Assembly (NCBI GenBank): GCA_965249355.1
Contig: CBDFLW010000004.1
Coordinates: 446,653 to 510,652, forward strand
DNA from: Dehalococcoidia bacterium
GTDB lineage: Bacteria; Chloroflexota; Dehalococcoidia; Lucifugimonadales; UBA3495
Reading direction: 5' to 3'
Length of the DNA stretch: 64,000 nt
Under the pieces are notes generated by a model that was not told where the DNA came from, made no database searches, and saw only the letters and a list, made by a program, of their open reading frames with translations. Below, piece by piece: positions 7,786 to 17,354 of the stretch (its first letter is position 1; every line of letters begins with the position of its first letter). A program made the position numbers and the translations under genes.

Positions 7786-10372
7786 ATGACCGCCAGAACC
7801 CCCAACCGCCGCTCCGGTGGCCCGGCGACTCCCCCGTGGGCCGCCGCCCCCGCCCTCATCCTCGCCCTCCTGCTCGTGATGGCCGCCCTCGCCGCCTGCG
7901 GAGTCGAGGATACGCCCGAACCCACCCGCCAGCCCACCGCCACCGCTGAGCCGGAGACCACGCCGGATGTCGAACCCGAACCCACCCGCCAGCCCACCGC
8001 CACCGCTGAGCCGGAGACCACGCCGGAGGTCGAACCCGAACCCACCGAGGAATCCGACAGTGCCCCGCGCCCAAGCTCGGGGGGAACGGAGCCGGGGAGT
8101 TCGCCTCCGTCAGCGCCGGGGGCAGGCACACCTGCGGCGTGAGGACGGACGGCACCGTCGCCTGCTGGGGCAGCGACGGCTGGGGCGAAGCCAGGCCGCC
8201 GGCCGGGGAGTTCGCCTCCGTCAGCGCCGGGGATAACCACACCTGCGGGGTGCAGCGGGACGGCTCCGTCGCCTGCTGGGGCAATGACTATCATGGCCAG
8301 GCCAGGCCGCCGGCCGGGGAGTTCGCCTCCGTCAGCGCCGGGGGCAGGCACACCTGCGGCGTGAGGACGGACGGCACCGTCGCCTGCTGGGGCAGCGACG
8401 GCTGGGGCGAAGCCAGGCCGCCGGCCGGGGAGTTCGCCTCCGTCAGCGCCGGGGATAACCACACCTGCGGGGTGCAGCGGGACGGCACCGTCGCCTGCTG
8501 GGGCAATGACTATCATGGCCAGGCCAGGCCGCCGGCCGGGGAGTTCGCCTCGGTCAGTGCCGGGCGCAACCACACCTGCGGGGTGCAGCGGGACGGCTCC
8601 GTCGCCTGCTGGGGCAGTGGCGGCACGCCGCCAGCCGGTGAGTTCGCCTCCGTCAGCGCCGGCAGGCGCCACACCTGCGGCGTGAGGACGGACGGCACCG
8701 TCGCCTGCTGGGGCAGCGACGGCTGGGGCGAAGCCAGGCCGCCGGCCGGGGAGTTCGCCTCCGTCAGCGCCGGGTATGACCACACCTGCGGGGTGCAGCG
8801 GGACGGCTCCGTCGCCTGCTGGGGTTATGACGGTTCCTCCGGCCAGGCCACGCCGCCGGCTGGGGAGTTCGCCTCGGTCAGCGCCGGCGGGCACCACACC
8901 TGCGGGATGCGGGGGGACGGCACCGTCGCCTGCTGGGGCAGTAACACTGTTCGCAATATTACCGGGGCCCGTGTGGTGGTTGGCCGGGCCACGCCGCCGG
9001 CCGGGGAGTTCGCCTCGGTCAGCGCCGGGTATGACCACACCTGCGGGATGCGGCGGGACGGCTCCGTCGCCTGCTGGGGCTATGACGGTGATCGCCGGGC
9101 CACGCCGCCGGCCGGGGAGTTCGCCTCCGTCAGCGCCGTCCCGCTGCACACCTGCGGGGTGCAGCGGGACGGCACCGTCGCCTGCTGGGGCTATGACGGT
9201 GATCGCCGGGCCACGCCGCCGGCCGGGGAGTTCGCCTCCGTCAGCGCCGGAGTTCCGCACACCTGCGGGGTGAGGACGGACGGCACCGTCGCCTGCTGGG
9301 GTTATGACGGTTCCTCCGGCCAGGCCACGCCGCCGGCCGGGGAGTTCGCCTCCGTCAGCGCCGGAGTTCGGCACACCTGCGGGGTGACGGCTCCGTCGCC
9401 TGCTGGGGCGGACGGACGGCTCCGTCGCCTGCTGGGGCGATGACGGACGGCTCCGTCGCCTGCTGGGGCTATGACGGTGATCGCCGGGCCACGCCGCCGG
9501 CCGGGGATCCGTCAGCGCCGGGTGGAGCCACACTTGCGGGGTGCGGCGGGACGGCTCCGGCCTGCTGGGGCGATGACGCCGGGCACGCCGCCGGGGAATT
9601 CGCCTCCGTCAGCGCCGGGTGGAGCCACACTTGCGGGGTGCGGCGGGACGGCTCCGTCGCCTGCTGGGGCTATGACGGTGATCGCCGGGCCACGCCGCCG
9701 GCCGGGGAGCCGGAGGCCACGCAGGAGGTCGAACCCGAGCGCACCGAAGAATCCGGCAGTTCCATACCCAAGCTTGCAGGCTCCGGAGACGCCGGCACTG
9801 CGATAGTCGAATTCGCCTCCGTCAGTGCCGGGGGCGCCAATCTTGTGGGCCACACCTGCGGAGTGCAGCGGGACGGCTCCGTCGCCTGCTACGGGGGCAA
9901 GTTGGCCAGGCCACGCCGCCGGCTGGGGAGTTCGCCTCCGTCAGCATACGACACCTGCGGGGTGCAGCGGGACGGCTCCGTCGCCTGCTGGGGCAATGAC
10001 TATGAGGGCCAGGCCACGCCGCCGGCCGGGGAGTTCGACTCCGTCAGCGCCGGGGGTTACCACACCTGCGGGGTGCAGCGGGAAGGCTCCGTCGCCTGCT
10101 GGGGCTGGGACTATGAGGGCCAGGCCACGCCGCCGGCCGGGGAGTTCGCCTCGGTCAGCGCCGGGCGCTGGCACACCTGCGGGGTGCAGCGGGACGGCTC
10201 CGTCGCCTGCTGGGGCGCTGACTATGCTGGCGACGCCACGCCGCCGGCCGGCGAGTTCGCCTCCGTAAGTGCCGGGGAGGTCCACACCTGCGGGGTGCAG
10301 CGGGACGGCTCCGTCGCCTGCTGGGGCTCTAACAATTCTGGCGAGGCCACGCCGCCGTCGGATTTGGAGTGA
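7786..10372 (+). pseudogene. RCC1-like-repeat lipoprotein, fragmented by several frame breaks (ORF pieces 7741-8142, 8139-9443, 9440-10372)
   Basis: AGGAGG plus ATG at 7786. Lipoprotein signal ALILALLLVMAALAACG, a Pro/Thr/Glu linker containing a 60-bp tandem duplication, then about 19 units of GEFASVSAG..HTCGV(Q/R)(R/T)DG(S/T)VACWG. Frame breaks lie near 8060-8070 and 9380-9440, with compensated out-of-frame patches near 9500-9590 and 9890-9950. Confidence 0.7.
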
Positions 10373-10440
10373 CGGGGCTGGGCTGGCGTCTGCGGCTCAT
10401 TTCACTTCGCCGCATATCCGGCGGGTCCCGGCGGGAACGG

Positions 10441-10486
10441 GCTGCCCTGGCTCCTTTCTCCATCGCGAGAGAGGGGCCAGGGCAGC
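10441..10486. other. long near-perfect hairpin downstream of the RCC1-like gene
   Basis: gctgccctggc tcctttctc catcgc gagagagg g gccagggcagc: an 11-bp outer stem plus an 8-bp inner stem (one G-U pair), with no U-tract. Confidence 0.4.
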
Positions 10487-10699
10487 CCATTCCACGGGCC
10501 GCTGCCACACTTCCGGCACCCTGCGAAGGCGGAAACCCATCCACCCTCGCCCCATTGCGTCATCGCGTCATCGCGTCCCCTTACCCCCATCCCACTGACA
10601 CCTCCCCCTTGCCAACCCCGATAGCCCCTCTCTACTATAAACCCTGAACCCCTGCCGGACCCAATCCGTCCCGGAGCCTGTCCGCCCCGCCCGACGCCA

Positions 10700-10748
10700 A
10701 AATGACCGGAAATGACTGGAAATGACCGGATAATTAAAAAAATGACCC
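10700..10748 (+). repeat. phased 10-bp direct repeats AAATGACYGG
   Basis: aaatgaccgg aaatgactgg aaatgaccgg (10700-10729), and after ataattaaa a fourth copy aaatgaccct (10739-10748). The patch is AT-rich within a GC-rich convergent spacer. Confidence 0.6.
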
Positions 10749-10898
10749 TCAACCGGCTCCGCCGCCTGCTGGGGCAATCAGGTTCAGGGGCTGACCGCGG
10801 CGGACTTTGAGTAACGGCGCCGGCGCTCAAAGCTAACGCAGAGTTCCCCAGGCAACGGATGCTTGACAACCTTAAAGGAGGCAGTGCAGCGTCCCCGG

Positions 10899-11804
10899 TC
10901 ACAGCTGGCTGCCCAGCACCACCAGAGAGACGCCGGAGACGGTGATGATTATGCCAAGCACCAGCCAGCGGTTGACGTTCTCCTGGGCCGACAGGAACAG
11001 GGAAGCAAGTATCAGCGTAAACAACGGGTTGGCCGATACTATGGGGGCGACCACCACCACCTCGGCCTCCTGCAGGGCGAAGTAGGTGCAGTTGACCCCG
11101 GTCGCCGCCGCCAGTCCCGACAACCCGGCATACACCAGGAAGCCCGGCGACCGCCGCGCCTCAGGAATGGCGGCCACCGCCTGCTTTGCCGCCACCGGCG
11201 CCACCAGCATCATCCCGAAGAGCAGGCTGATGGTGGATACGACCAGCGGCGAGGTGTAGTCGAGGGTCAGCGCCCTAACCACCACATTGGTGGTGCCATA
11301 GCAGCAGGCCGCACCGAAGGCCAGCAGATAGCCGATCAGGGCGCCACGGCTGGTGCCCCCGCTTCCTCCGGCGCTTTCCATGATGTTCCGGCCCAGGGCG
11401 GTGGCCAGGCCCCCCACAACCACGACGGTCCCGACCGCCACAATCCAGTGGGGCCGCTCCCCGGTGATGGTTATGGCCAGGATGGAGGCGAACACCGCCG
11501 ACGTGCCCACAATGGCACCAGCGCGTGAGGCGCCGATGCGCCCCACGGCCAGGTAGGACAGGTTGCGGCCGCCCAGGAAGTTGAAGGCCCCCAGCATCAC
11601 GCACCAGGCCAGCACGATGAGAGGCATCGTCGCGAAGTCGGAGAAGGCGAAGATCATGGCCAAGATCCCCGACGCGGCGAAGCTGAAAATTAAGGATATG
11701 AAGACCACCGGCATGGGGCCGACCTTGCCCATCCCCAGCCGTGCGAAGATGGTAGCGCTGCCGAAGCCCACGATGGCCAGGAAGGACAGTCCGATAGGCG
11801 TCAT
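10899..11804 (-). CDS. EamA/DMT-family transporter, paralogue 1
   Basis: 301 aa, about 10 hydrophobic segments. The two-EamA-domain layout is shared with the four downstream neighbours. Confidence 0.8.
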   Translation of the reverse strand: MTPIGLSFLAIVGFGSATIFARLGMGKVGPMPVVFISLIFSFAASGILAMIFAFSDFATMPLIVLAWCVMLGAFNFLGGRNLSYLAVGRIGASRAGAIVGTSAVFASILAITITGERPHWIVAVGTVVVVGGLATALGRNIMESAGGSGGTSRGALIGYLLAFGAACCYGTTNVVVRALTLDYTSPLVVSTISLLFGMMLVAPVAAKQAVAAIPEARRSPGFLVYAGLSGLAAATGVNCTYFALQEAEVVVVAPIVSANPLFTLILASLFLSAQENVNRWLVLGIIITVSGVSLVVLGSQL

Positions 11805-11829
11805 CGACTCACTGCCAGGGCCGTCGCCG

Positions 11830-12723
11830 TCAGATTCGCCCTGCCAGCGACACCAGGATTACGCCGGCTACGGCGAGTAAGGTTCCGGCGGCCAGCCGCA
11901 GGGTCACCCTTTCCAGCCGGGAGATGAAGAGGTGGGCCATCAGCACAGTTACAAGGGGGGCAATGGAAACGATGGGAGTGACAATCACAACGTCTCCCTC
12001 TCGCAGGGCGAAGTACAAGGAGTTCACCCCAACTCCCGCAGCCAGCCCGGCCAGCGCCACATACGCGAGACTCCTCCACCGGGCTGTCGCGGTCCTGGTC
12101 TCCTGCACCGCACGGGATGTGGCCAGCGGGGCCAGCAGCGAGACGCCGAGCAGCAAGCTGATGGACGTTACCAGGAGCGGGGACTCCACTGTCTCGTTGG
12201 CTTTCTTGACGAAAATGTTCACCACGGCATACGCAGTGCCGGCAGACAGGGCCACCAGGTAACCGAACAGGTATCGACGGTCGGTCCTCCAGCCCTCCAG
12301 CAACGAGTCTCCGCTGCCGGCAACCAGCCCGCCAACGACGGCCGCAGTACCCAGGATGACGGGAATCGACAGGGACTCTCCAAGAATAGCCACGGCAAAG
12401 AGCGCGGCAATGGGAGCCTGGACAGAAAAAAACAGGCTGGCCCGCGACGCTCCAATGATGCTGACCGACAGGTAGTTCTGGGGCCGCCCGCAGATGTGGT
12501 GGGCCACCGCTACGGCCAGGATCCAGAGGAGAGCGGTCGCCGATAGATTGCCAAAGTCGTGACGGGCAAAGGCCAGCGCCAACAAGGAAGACATGACCAA
12601 GCTGACTAGGAGCGACATCCAGACGGCGGGGAGAAAGGAGAATCCCTGCAATGCGCCGCGAGTGAAGATCGGTGCACTTCCGAACCCGATGGCTGCCAGA
12701 AGGGAGAGGGTAATGACCGTCAT
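11830..12723 (-). CDS. EamA/DMT-family transporter, paralogue 2
   Basis: MTVITLSLLAAIGFGSAPIF...SGDSLLEGWRTDRRYL... Start trimmed to the ATG at 12723. Confidence 0.8.
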   Translation of the reverse strand: MTVITLSLLAAIGFGSAPIFTRGALQGFSFLPAVWMSLLVSLVMSSLLALAFARHDFGNLSATALLWILAVAVAHHICGRPQNYLSVSIIGASRASLFFSVQAPIAALFAVAILGESLSIPVILGTAAVVGGLVAGSGDSLLEGWRTDRRYLFGYLVALSAGTAYAVVNIFVKKANETVESPLLVTSISLLLGVSLLAPLATSRAVQETRTATARWRSLAYVALAGLAAGVGVNSLYFALREGDVVIVTPIVSIAPLVTVLMAHLFISRLERVTLRLAAGTLLAVAGVILVSLAGRI

Positions 12724-12795
12724 GGTCGGGCCGCCTCGCGTTGAGAAAATCTCCTCTCCCCGTTGGAAGGGCACCAAGGAGTGCGAAAAGCGTAA

Positions 12796-13690
12796 TCATA
12801 GCTGTCCACCCACGGCGACGGCAATCACGCCGGCCACCGCCAGAAGCGCGCCGATGACCAGCCGGAGCGTGATGCTCTCCAGCCGGGCGATGAAGACGTG
12901 AGACAGCAAAAGGGTCCAAAGCGGGAAAGTTGCGAGAATAGGGGCCACCACGACCACTTCGGCCCGCTGCACCGCGAAGAACAGCGCCACGATCGAGATC
13001 GCGACGCTCAACCCGGAGAGGCAGACAAAGCTCATGGACCTGCGGTCGAAGGTCCGGACTGCGGGGCTGCGCGCGGCTGCGACCCCCAACGCGGGGACGA
13101 TCAGGAGCATGGCCACCATCATGGCCAGCACCGTAACGACCAGCGGTGAGCCGTACACAGCCACGATCTGCTTGGCCAGCACGGTGCCCCCCACCCCCGG
13201 CCACGCCTGACGTCAACGCCGCAAGGCACCCGAGGAGGTAGCGACGGTCGGTCCTCCAGCCCTCCGTCAGCGAGTCGCCGCTGGCGAGCAGCAGGGCGGC
13301 GACGACTCCCACCGTGCCCACGGCAACCAGCGGCCGCAGGGCCTCGCCGGTGAAGGCGATGGCGATGAAGGCGGCAAAAGGGGCTTGGACCGAGATGAAC
13401 AGGGCAGTGCGTGAGGCCCCGATCGTGTTCACTCCCAGGTACCCCAGGGAGCGTCCGCCCGTGAAGTGTACCAGCCCCAGCGCCGCGATCCAGGGCCATA
13501 CCGCCCTCGGGATATCGCGGAAGTCCGAGTAGGCAAAGACCAGGGCGACGACCAGCACGCCTATGAACCCCACAACCAGGGAGATGCTGATAGTGGTGAA
13601 TGGGTGTACCCCCGGCATTGCGCCACGGGCAGACACGGCTCCGCCACCGAGGCCGACGGCCGCCAGCAGCGATAGGGCGATGGCTATCAT
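12796..13690 (-). pseudogene. EamA/DMT-family transporter, paralogue 3, with one frameshift
   Basis: The N-terminal half is read from the first about 165 codons of ORF 11801..13690 (MIAIALSLLAAVGLGGGAVSARG...GWRTDRRYLLGCLAALTSGVAGG). The C-terminal half is ORF 12796..13194 (GTVLAKQIVAVYGSPL...). The break lies in the C6/C5 run at 13186-13197. Confidence 0.7.
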
Positions 13691-13716
13691 GCCCCGGCCA
13701 CCTCCAGCAGCGCAAA

Positions 13717-13750
13717 TTCCCTCTCCCGGAGGGAGAGGGTCAGGGTGATG
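13717..13750 (+). repeat. REP-A hairpin repeat
   Basis: ttccctctcccggagggagagggtcagggtgatg, between paralogues 3 and 4. Confidence 0.8.
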
Positions 13751-13763
13751 GCATACCCTCCGG

Positions 13764-14657
13764 TCACAGCTGGCCGCCCAAGACCACGGCCACCACGCCG
13801 GCCACTACCACAATCGCGCCGATAATCAGGCGCAAGTTTATCTGCTCCATCCGGGAGATGAATATGTGGGAAAACAGCAGGGTCCAAAGCGTGAAGGTTG
13901 CCAGGATGGGGGCAACGATGACGACGTCGGCCCGCTGCACCGCGAAGAGTTGGGATACGATGGACACCGTGGTGCTCAAGCCTGAGAACCCCACGCAGCC
14001 CATGGATTTCCAGTCGAAAGTCCTGATGACGGGATTGCGGGCGGCGATGAGGCTCACGGCAGGTATTACGATGAACATGGCGGCCAACATACCCAGGGCT
14101 GAAATCGTCAGGGGCGAGTTATATATGCCCACGGCCTGTTTGGCCAGAACCGTGCTTGCTCCCGTGGCCGCTCCGGCAGTTAGCCCTAAGAGGCATCCGA
14201 TGAGATAGCGGCGGTCCGCCCGCCAGCCTTGGGTGAGCGAGTCTCCGCTGGCCAGCAGAAGTCCAATGATCACACCCACAGTGCCCACGGCAACCAGGGG
14301 CTTAAGGGACTCTCCGATAAAGGAGATGGCGAAAAGAACGGAAAAGGGGACCGATGTCGATATGAAAAGGGCGGTCCGGGACGCCCCAATGATGCTGACC
14401 CCCGAATAGGCGACGGTACGCCCGATGGCGAATTGCACTACTCCGAGGGCCACGATCCAAAGCCACGCATCTCGAGGCACATTGAGGAGACTGGAAGGGT
14501 CCAAAGCCAGGTCCACGATCGTAACGCCAACGAAGCCGACCACGAGGGCCACGCCGATGAGCGCAATGGGATGAACTCCCGGCATTCCGGCTCGGGCCGC
14601 CACCGCGCCGCCGCCGAGGCTGGACGCCGCCACTAGGGAGAGGACTATGGCAATCAT
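13764..14657 (-). CDS. EamA/DMT-family transporter, paralogue 4
   Basis: 297 aa: MIAIVLSLVAASSLGGGAVAARAGMPGVHP...SGDSLTQGWRADRRYL... Confidence 0.8.
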   Translation of the reverse strand: MIAIVLSLVAASSLGGGAVAARAGMPGVHPIALIGVALVVGFVGVTIVDLALDPSSLLNVPRDAWLWIVALGVVQFAIGRTVAYSGVSIIGASRTALFISTSVPFSVLFAISFIGESLKPLVAVGTVGVIIGLLLASGDSLTQGWRADRRYLIGCLLGLTAGAATGASTVLAKQAVGIYNSPLTISALGMLAAMFIVIPAVSLIAARNPVIRTFDWKSMGCVGFSGLSTTVSIVSQLFAVQRADVVIVAPILATFTLWTLLFSHIFISRMEQINLRLIIGAIVVVAGVVAVVLGGQL

Positions 14658-14683
14658 CGCGAGGACACTTCCAGTAGTAGGTA

Positions 14684-14720
14684 TTCCCTCATCCTTCGGG
14701 AGAGGGTTAGGCTGGGGGTG
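14684..14720 (+). repeat. REP-A hairpin repeat (degenerate)
   Basis: ttccctcatccttcgggagagggttaggctgggggtg, between paralogues 4 and 5. Confidence 0.7.
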
Positions 14721-15625
14721 ATTCCAGCTTTTATAGCTGGCCGCCCAGCGCCACGGCCACCACGCCGCCCACAGCCAGGAGCGCGCCGACGATCAGCCGC
14801 AGCGTTCTTCGCTCCAGGCGGGCGATGAAAATGTGGGACAGCAGCAGCGTCCACAGCGGAATGGTGGCCAGGGGAGGAGCGACGACCACGACGTCGGCCC
14901 GTTGCGCCGCAAAAAAACTGGGAGGTGATGGTCGTCAGGGTGCTCAGGCTGCACAAGACGATGAAACCCATGGATTTTCGGTCAAACTCCCTGATGGCCG
15001 GGTTGCGGACGACGGCGACACCCATGGGGGGCGAGAGGATCACCAAGGCTACCAGCATACTCACCGCGGTTATGATCAGAGGGGAGTCGTAAATGCCAAG
15101 GGACTGTTTGGCCAAGACGGTGCCCGCGCCCATGGATGCGCCCGACACCAACCCAACCAGATAGCCGGCCAGGTAGCGGCGGTCGGCGCGCCAGCCTTGG
15201 GTAAGTGAGTCGCCGCTGGCCAGCATCAGCGCGATAACCACGCCGACGGTGCCGACGATCACCAGCGGGCGCAGGGCCTCTCCGGGAAAGGCGATGGCGA
15301 AAAAGGCGGCAAAGGGCGCCTGGGCTGCGATGAAAAGGGAGGTCCGGGAGGCTCCGACGATGTTGATGGCGACCATCCCGAGGGAGCGGCCGCCGATAAA
15401 CTGCGCCACTCCCGCCGCCCCAATCCACGGCAGGACCGCCTGCGGCACATTGCCGATGTCGCCAGGGGCGAAGATCAGAACGGAAATCATCGTGATGGCG
15501 GTGGCTATCGCCATAGAGACGCCGACGACGGCTACGGGATGCGCCCCCTGCATTGCGCCGCGGGCCGAAACCGCGACACCGCCGAGTCCGATGGCCCCCA
15601 ACAGGGCCAGGGCGATGGCCAGCAT
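14721..15625 (-). pseudogene. EamA/DMT-family transporter, paralogue 5, with one frameshift
   Basis: ORF 14654..15625 reads as a transporter up to ...TTITSQFF, then becomes Arg/Gly junk. The shift lies in the A7 run at 14911-14917. The repaired frame ends ...AVALGGQL* with TAA at 14721-14723. Confidence 0.7.
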
Positions 15626-15633
15626 CCAAGGGG

Positions 15634-16377
15634 TTAGGTCCGCCGCCCCTCTCCCCCAGGGAGAGGGCTGGAGTGAGGGCGTCCCCTCCCTGCATGGTCA
15701 ACAATCGACTGGAAAATCAGTGCTCCGTCTGTGCCACCCAGTAGTTCCTCGCAGCATCGTTCCGGGTGGGGCATCATTCCCAGCACGTTGCCTGTTTCGT
15801 TGATGATGCCCGCGATGTTTCTGGCCGAGCCGTTGGGGTTGGCCGCATCCGTGGCCTCGCCCGAGTCGTCGCAGTAGCGGAAGAGCACGCGGCCCTCGCG
15901 CTCCAGCATATCCAGCGTTTCGTCGTCGGCGTAGTAATTGCCCTCGCCGTGGGATATGGGCACCCGGAGGACCTGTCCGGCGCTGCACTTGGAAGTGAAG
16001 CGAGTGTCGTTTCTCTCGGTGCGCAGGTTGGTCCACTGGCAGCGGTATTCAAGCTGATGGTTGGCCCGCAGCGCCCCGGGCAACAATCCCGACTCACAGA
16101 GAATCTGGAAGCCGTTGCAGATTCCAATGACCGTGCCGCCCGACTCGGCAAAGGCGTAGAGGGCGTCCATCACGGGGGAGAACCGGGCCATCGCGCCAGG
16201 GCGCAGATAATCACCGTAAGAGAATCCGCCGGGCAATATGACGCAGTCCAGTCCTTCCAGGGAGGTGTCCTTGTGCCAGATATAGTCCGCATCCTGGCCA
16301 AGAACGGCGCTGACAGCGTGGTGGCAGTCCGTGTCGCTCCAGGTGCCGGGGAACTGCAGGATCCCGAATCGCATCAT
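15634..16377 (-). CDS. purQ: phosphoribosylformylglycinamidine synthase, glutaminase subunit
   Basis: MRFGILQFPGTWSDTDC...GICNGFQILCE...MMPHPER (class-I amidotransferase Cys-His-Glu). The last about 18 codons (GRGRPHSSPLPGGEGRRT) are encoded by a REP-A copy. Confidence 0.9.
   Translation of the reverse strand: MMRFGILQFPGTWSDTDCHHAVSAVLGQDADYIWHKDTSLEGLDCVILPGGFSYGDYLRPGAMARFSPVMDALYAFAESGGTVIGICNGFQILCESGLLPGALRANHQLEYRCQWTNLRTERNDTRFTSKCSAGQVLRVPISHGEGNYYADDETLDMLEREGRVLFRYCDDSGEATDAANPNGSARNIAGIINETGNVLGMMPHPERCCEELLGGTDGALIFQSIVDHAGRGRPHSSPLPGGEGRRT
15646..15683 (+). repeat. REP-A hairpin repeat overlapping the purQ 3' end
   Basis: cccctctcccccagggagagggctggagtgagggcgtc. Confidence 0.8.
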
Positions 16378-16480
16378 GTCCTTGGGGCTCTTGTAATCCT
16401 GGCGTTTTCCCGTCGTTTCCGCGAAGTCAAGAATTCGGGGCGATTCGGTCCGTCCTCAGATTGCACCCGGTTCGCTTCAA

Positions 16481-16578
16481 TGGATTCCCGATTTCGCGGG
16501 GATGACGGTTGCGGGGTTAAGCTGTTGGGTCTTGATTTACGTCAATCCCTTGGGTTCCCGCTTATGCAGGAATGACAG
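16481..16578 (-). repeat. two REP-B units in the same orientation
   Basis: tggattcccgatttcgcggggatgacgg (16481-16508) and tgggttcccgcttatgcaggaatgacag (16551-16578). Confidence 0.65.
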
Positions 16579-16612
16579 TCGCGGATTGAGGTCGTTCAGG
16601 CTGGTTTTGGCG

Positions 16613-17065
16613 CTACCCCATGGAATCCAGGATCTCCCCGGTGAGGCGGTTTACCTCGGCGCCGTCGGCCTTGCCGCGCACCTGTGGCATCAGCCGCCCC
16701 ATGACCTTGCCCCGGTCGCGGGGGCCTGTTGCTCCAACCTCGGCGACCACCTCCCGGATCAGGGCGATGATCTCGTCTTGGCCCAGCTGCGGTGGAAGGT
16801 ATTCCACCAGCACGGCGAGGTCGGCCGCCTCCCTGTCCGCCAACTCAGTGCGGCCGCCATCGCGGAATGCCTTGATGCTGTCGCGGCGGTCGCTGACCTG
16901 CTTGGACACGACTTCGATCATCGCTTTGTCGTCCAGCGTGTCGCGGCGTTCCTTTTCGACGGCTTGCACGGCGAACTTGAGGAAGCGGAGGGCGTCGACG
17001 CGTGCCTGTTCGCGCTGGCGCATGGAGTTGCGGATATCCTCTTCCAGTCTGTCTCTTAAAGTCAT
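16613..17065 (-). CDS. GatB/YqeY domain-containing protein
   Basis: MTLRDRLEEDIRNSMRQREQARVDALRFLKFAV...GKVMGRLMPQVRGKADGAEVNRL. Start trimmed to the ATG at 17065. Confidence 0.8.
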   Translation of the reverse strand: MTLRDRLEEDIRNSMRQREQARVDALRFLKFAVQAVEKERRDTLDDKAMIEVVSKQVSDRRDSIKAFRDGGRTELADREAADLAVLVEYLPPQLGQDEIIALIREVVAEVGATGPRDRGKVMGRLMPQVRGKADGAEVNRLTGEILDSMG

Positions 17066-17354
17066 GGTCAACCCCGCTGGGGGCAGGATGGGGCCAGCTG
17101 AGTGAACGTTCATCCATTTTAACCCCTGTGGGGCCGGGGCGCGAATCCGCGGGAGGTCTGGCTCCCGCTGGCCATTCATAGATCAGTACGAAGGACCGCC
17201 ACTGGTCGCCAAATGTGGGTATTGGCTTTTTCCAGGCAGGGTAATTTGGTATACTTGAGATGCCGCGCCTCGAAAAGGGGACGGCTTCGTTTTGCGCATT
17301 GCGCTGGCTATTGTATAGCTGGCTATTTCGCTTTAGTGGAAAGGCGGTTTTAGG

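Noticed and set aside
7722-9533. 603-aa minus-strand ORF opposite the RCC1-like repeats.
   Set aside because: It is a repetitive Pro/Gly/Ala-rich antisense reading of the plus-strand repeat gene. The plus strand has the signal peptide, RBS and a known repeat motif.
8100-10370. A regularly spaced repeat array that might be mistaken for CRISPR; the same applies to 52500-53200.
   Set aside because: The periods are 117-123 bp and 72 bp with no unique spacers. Both arrays translate into protein repeats (RCC1-like, LRR) in an open frame.
11801-13690. 629-aa minus-strand ORF.
   Set aside because: Only the first 165 or so codons are transporter-like (paralogue 3 N-terminus). After the frameshift it reads out of frame through paralogue 2 as Arg/Gly/Pro junk.
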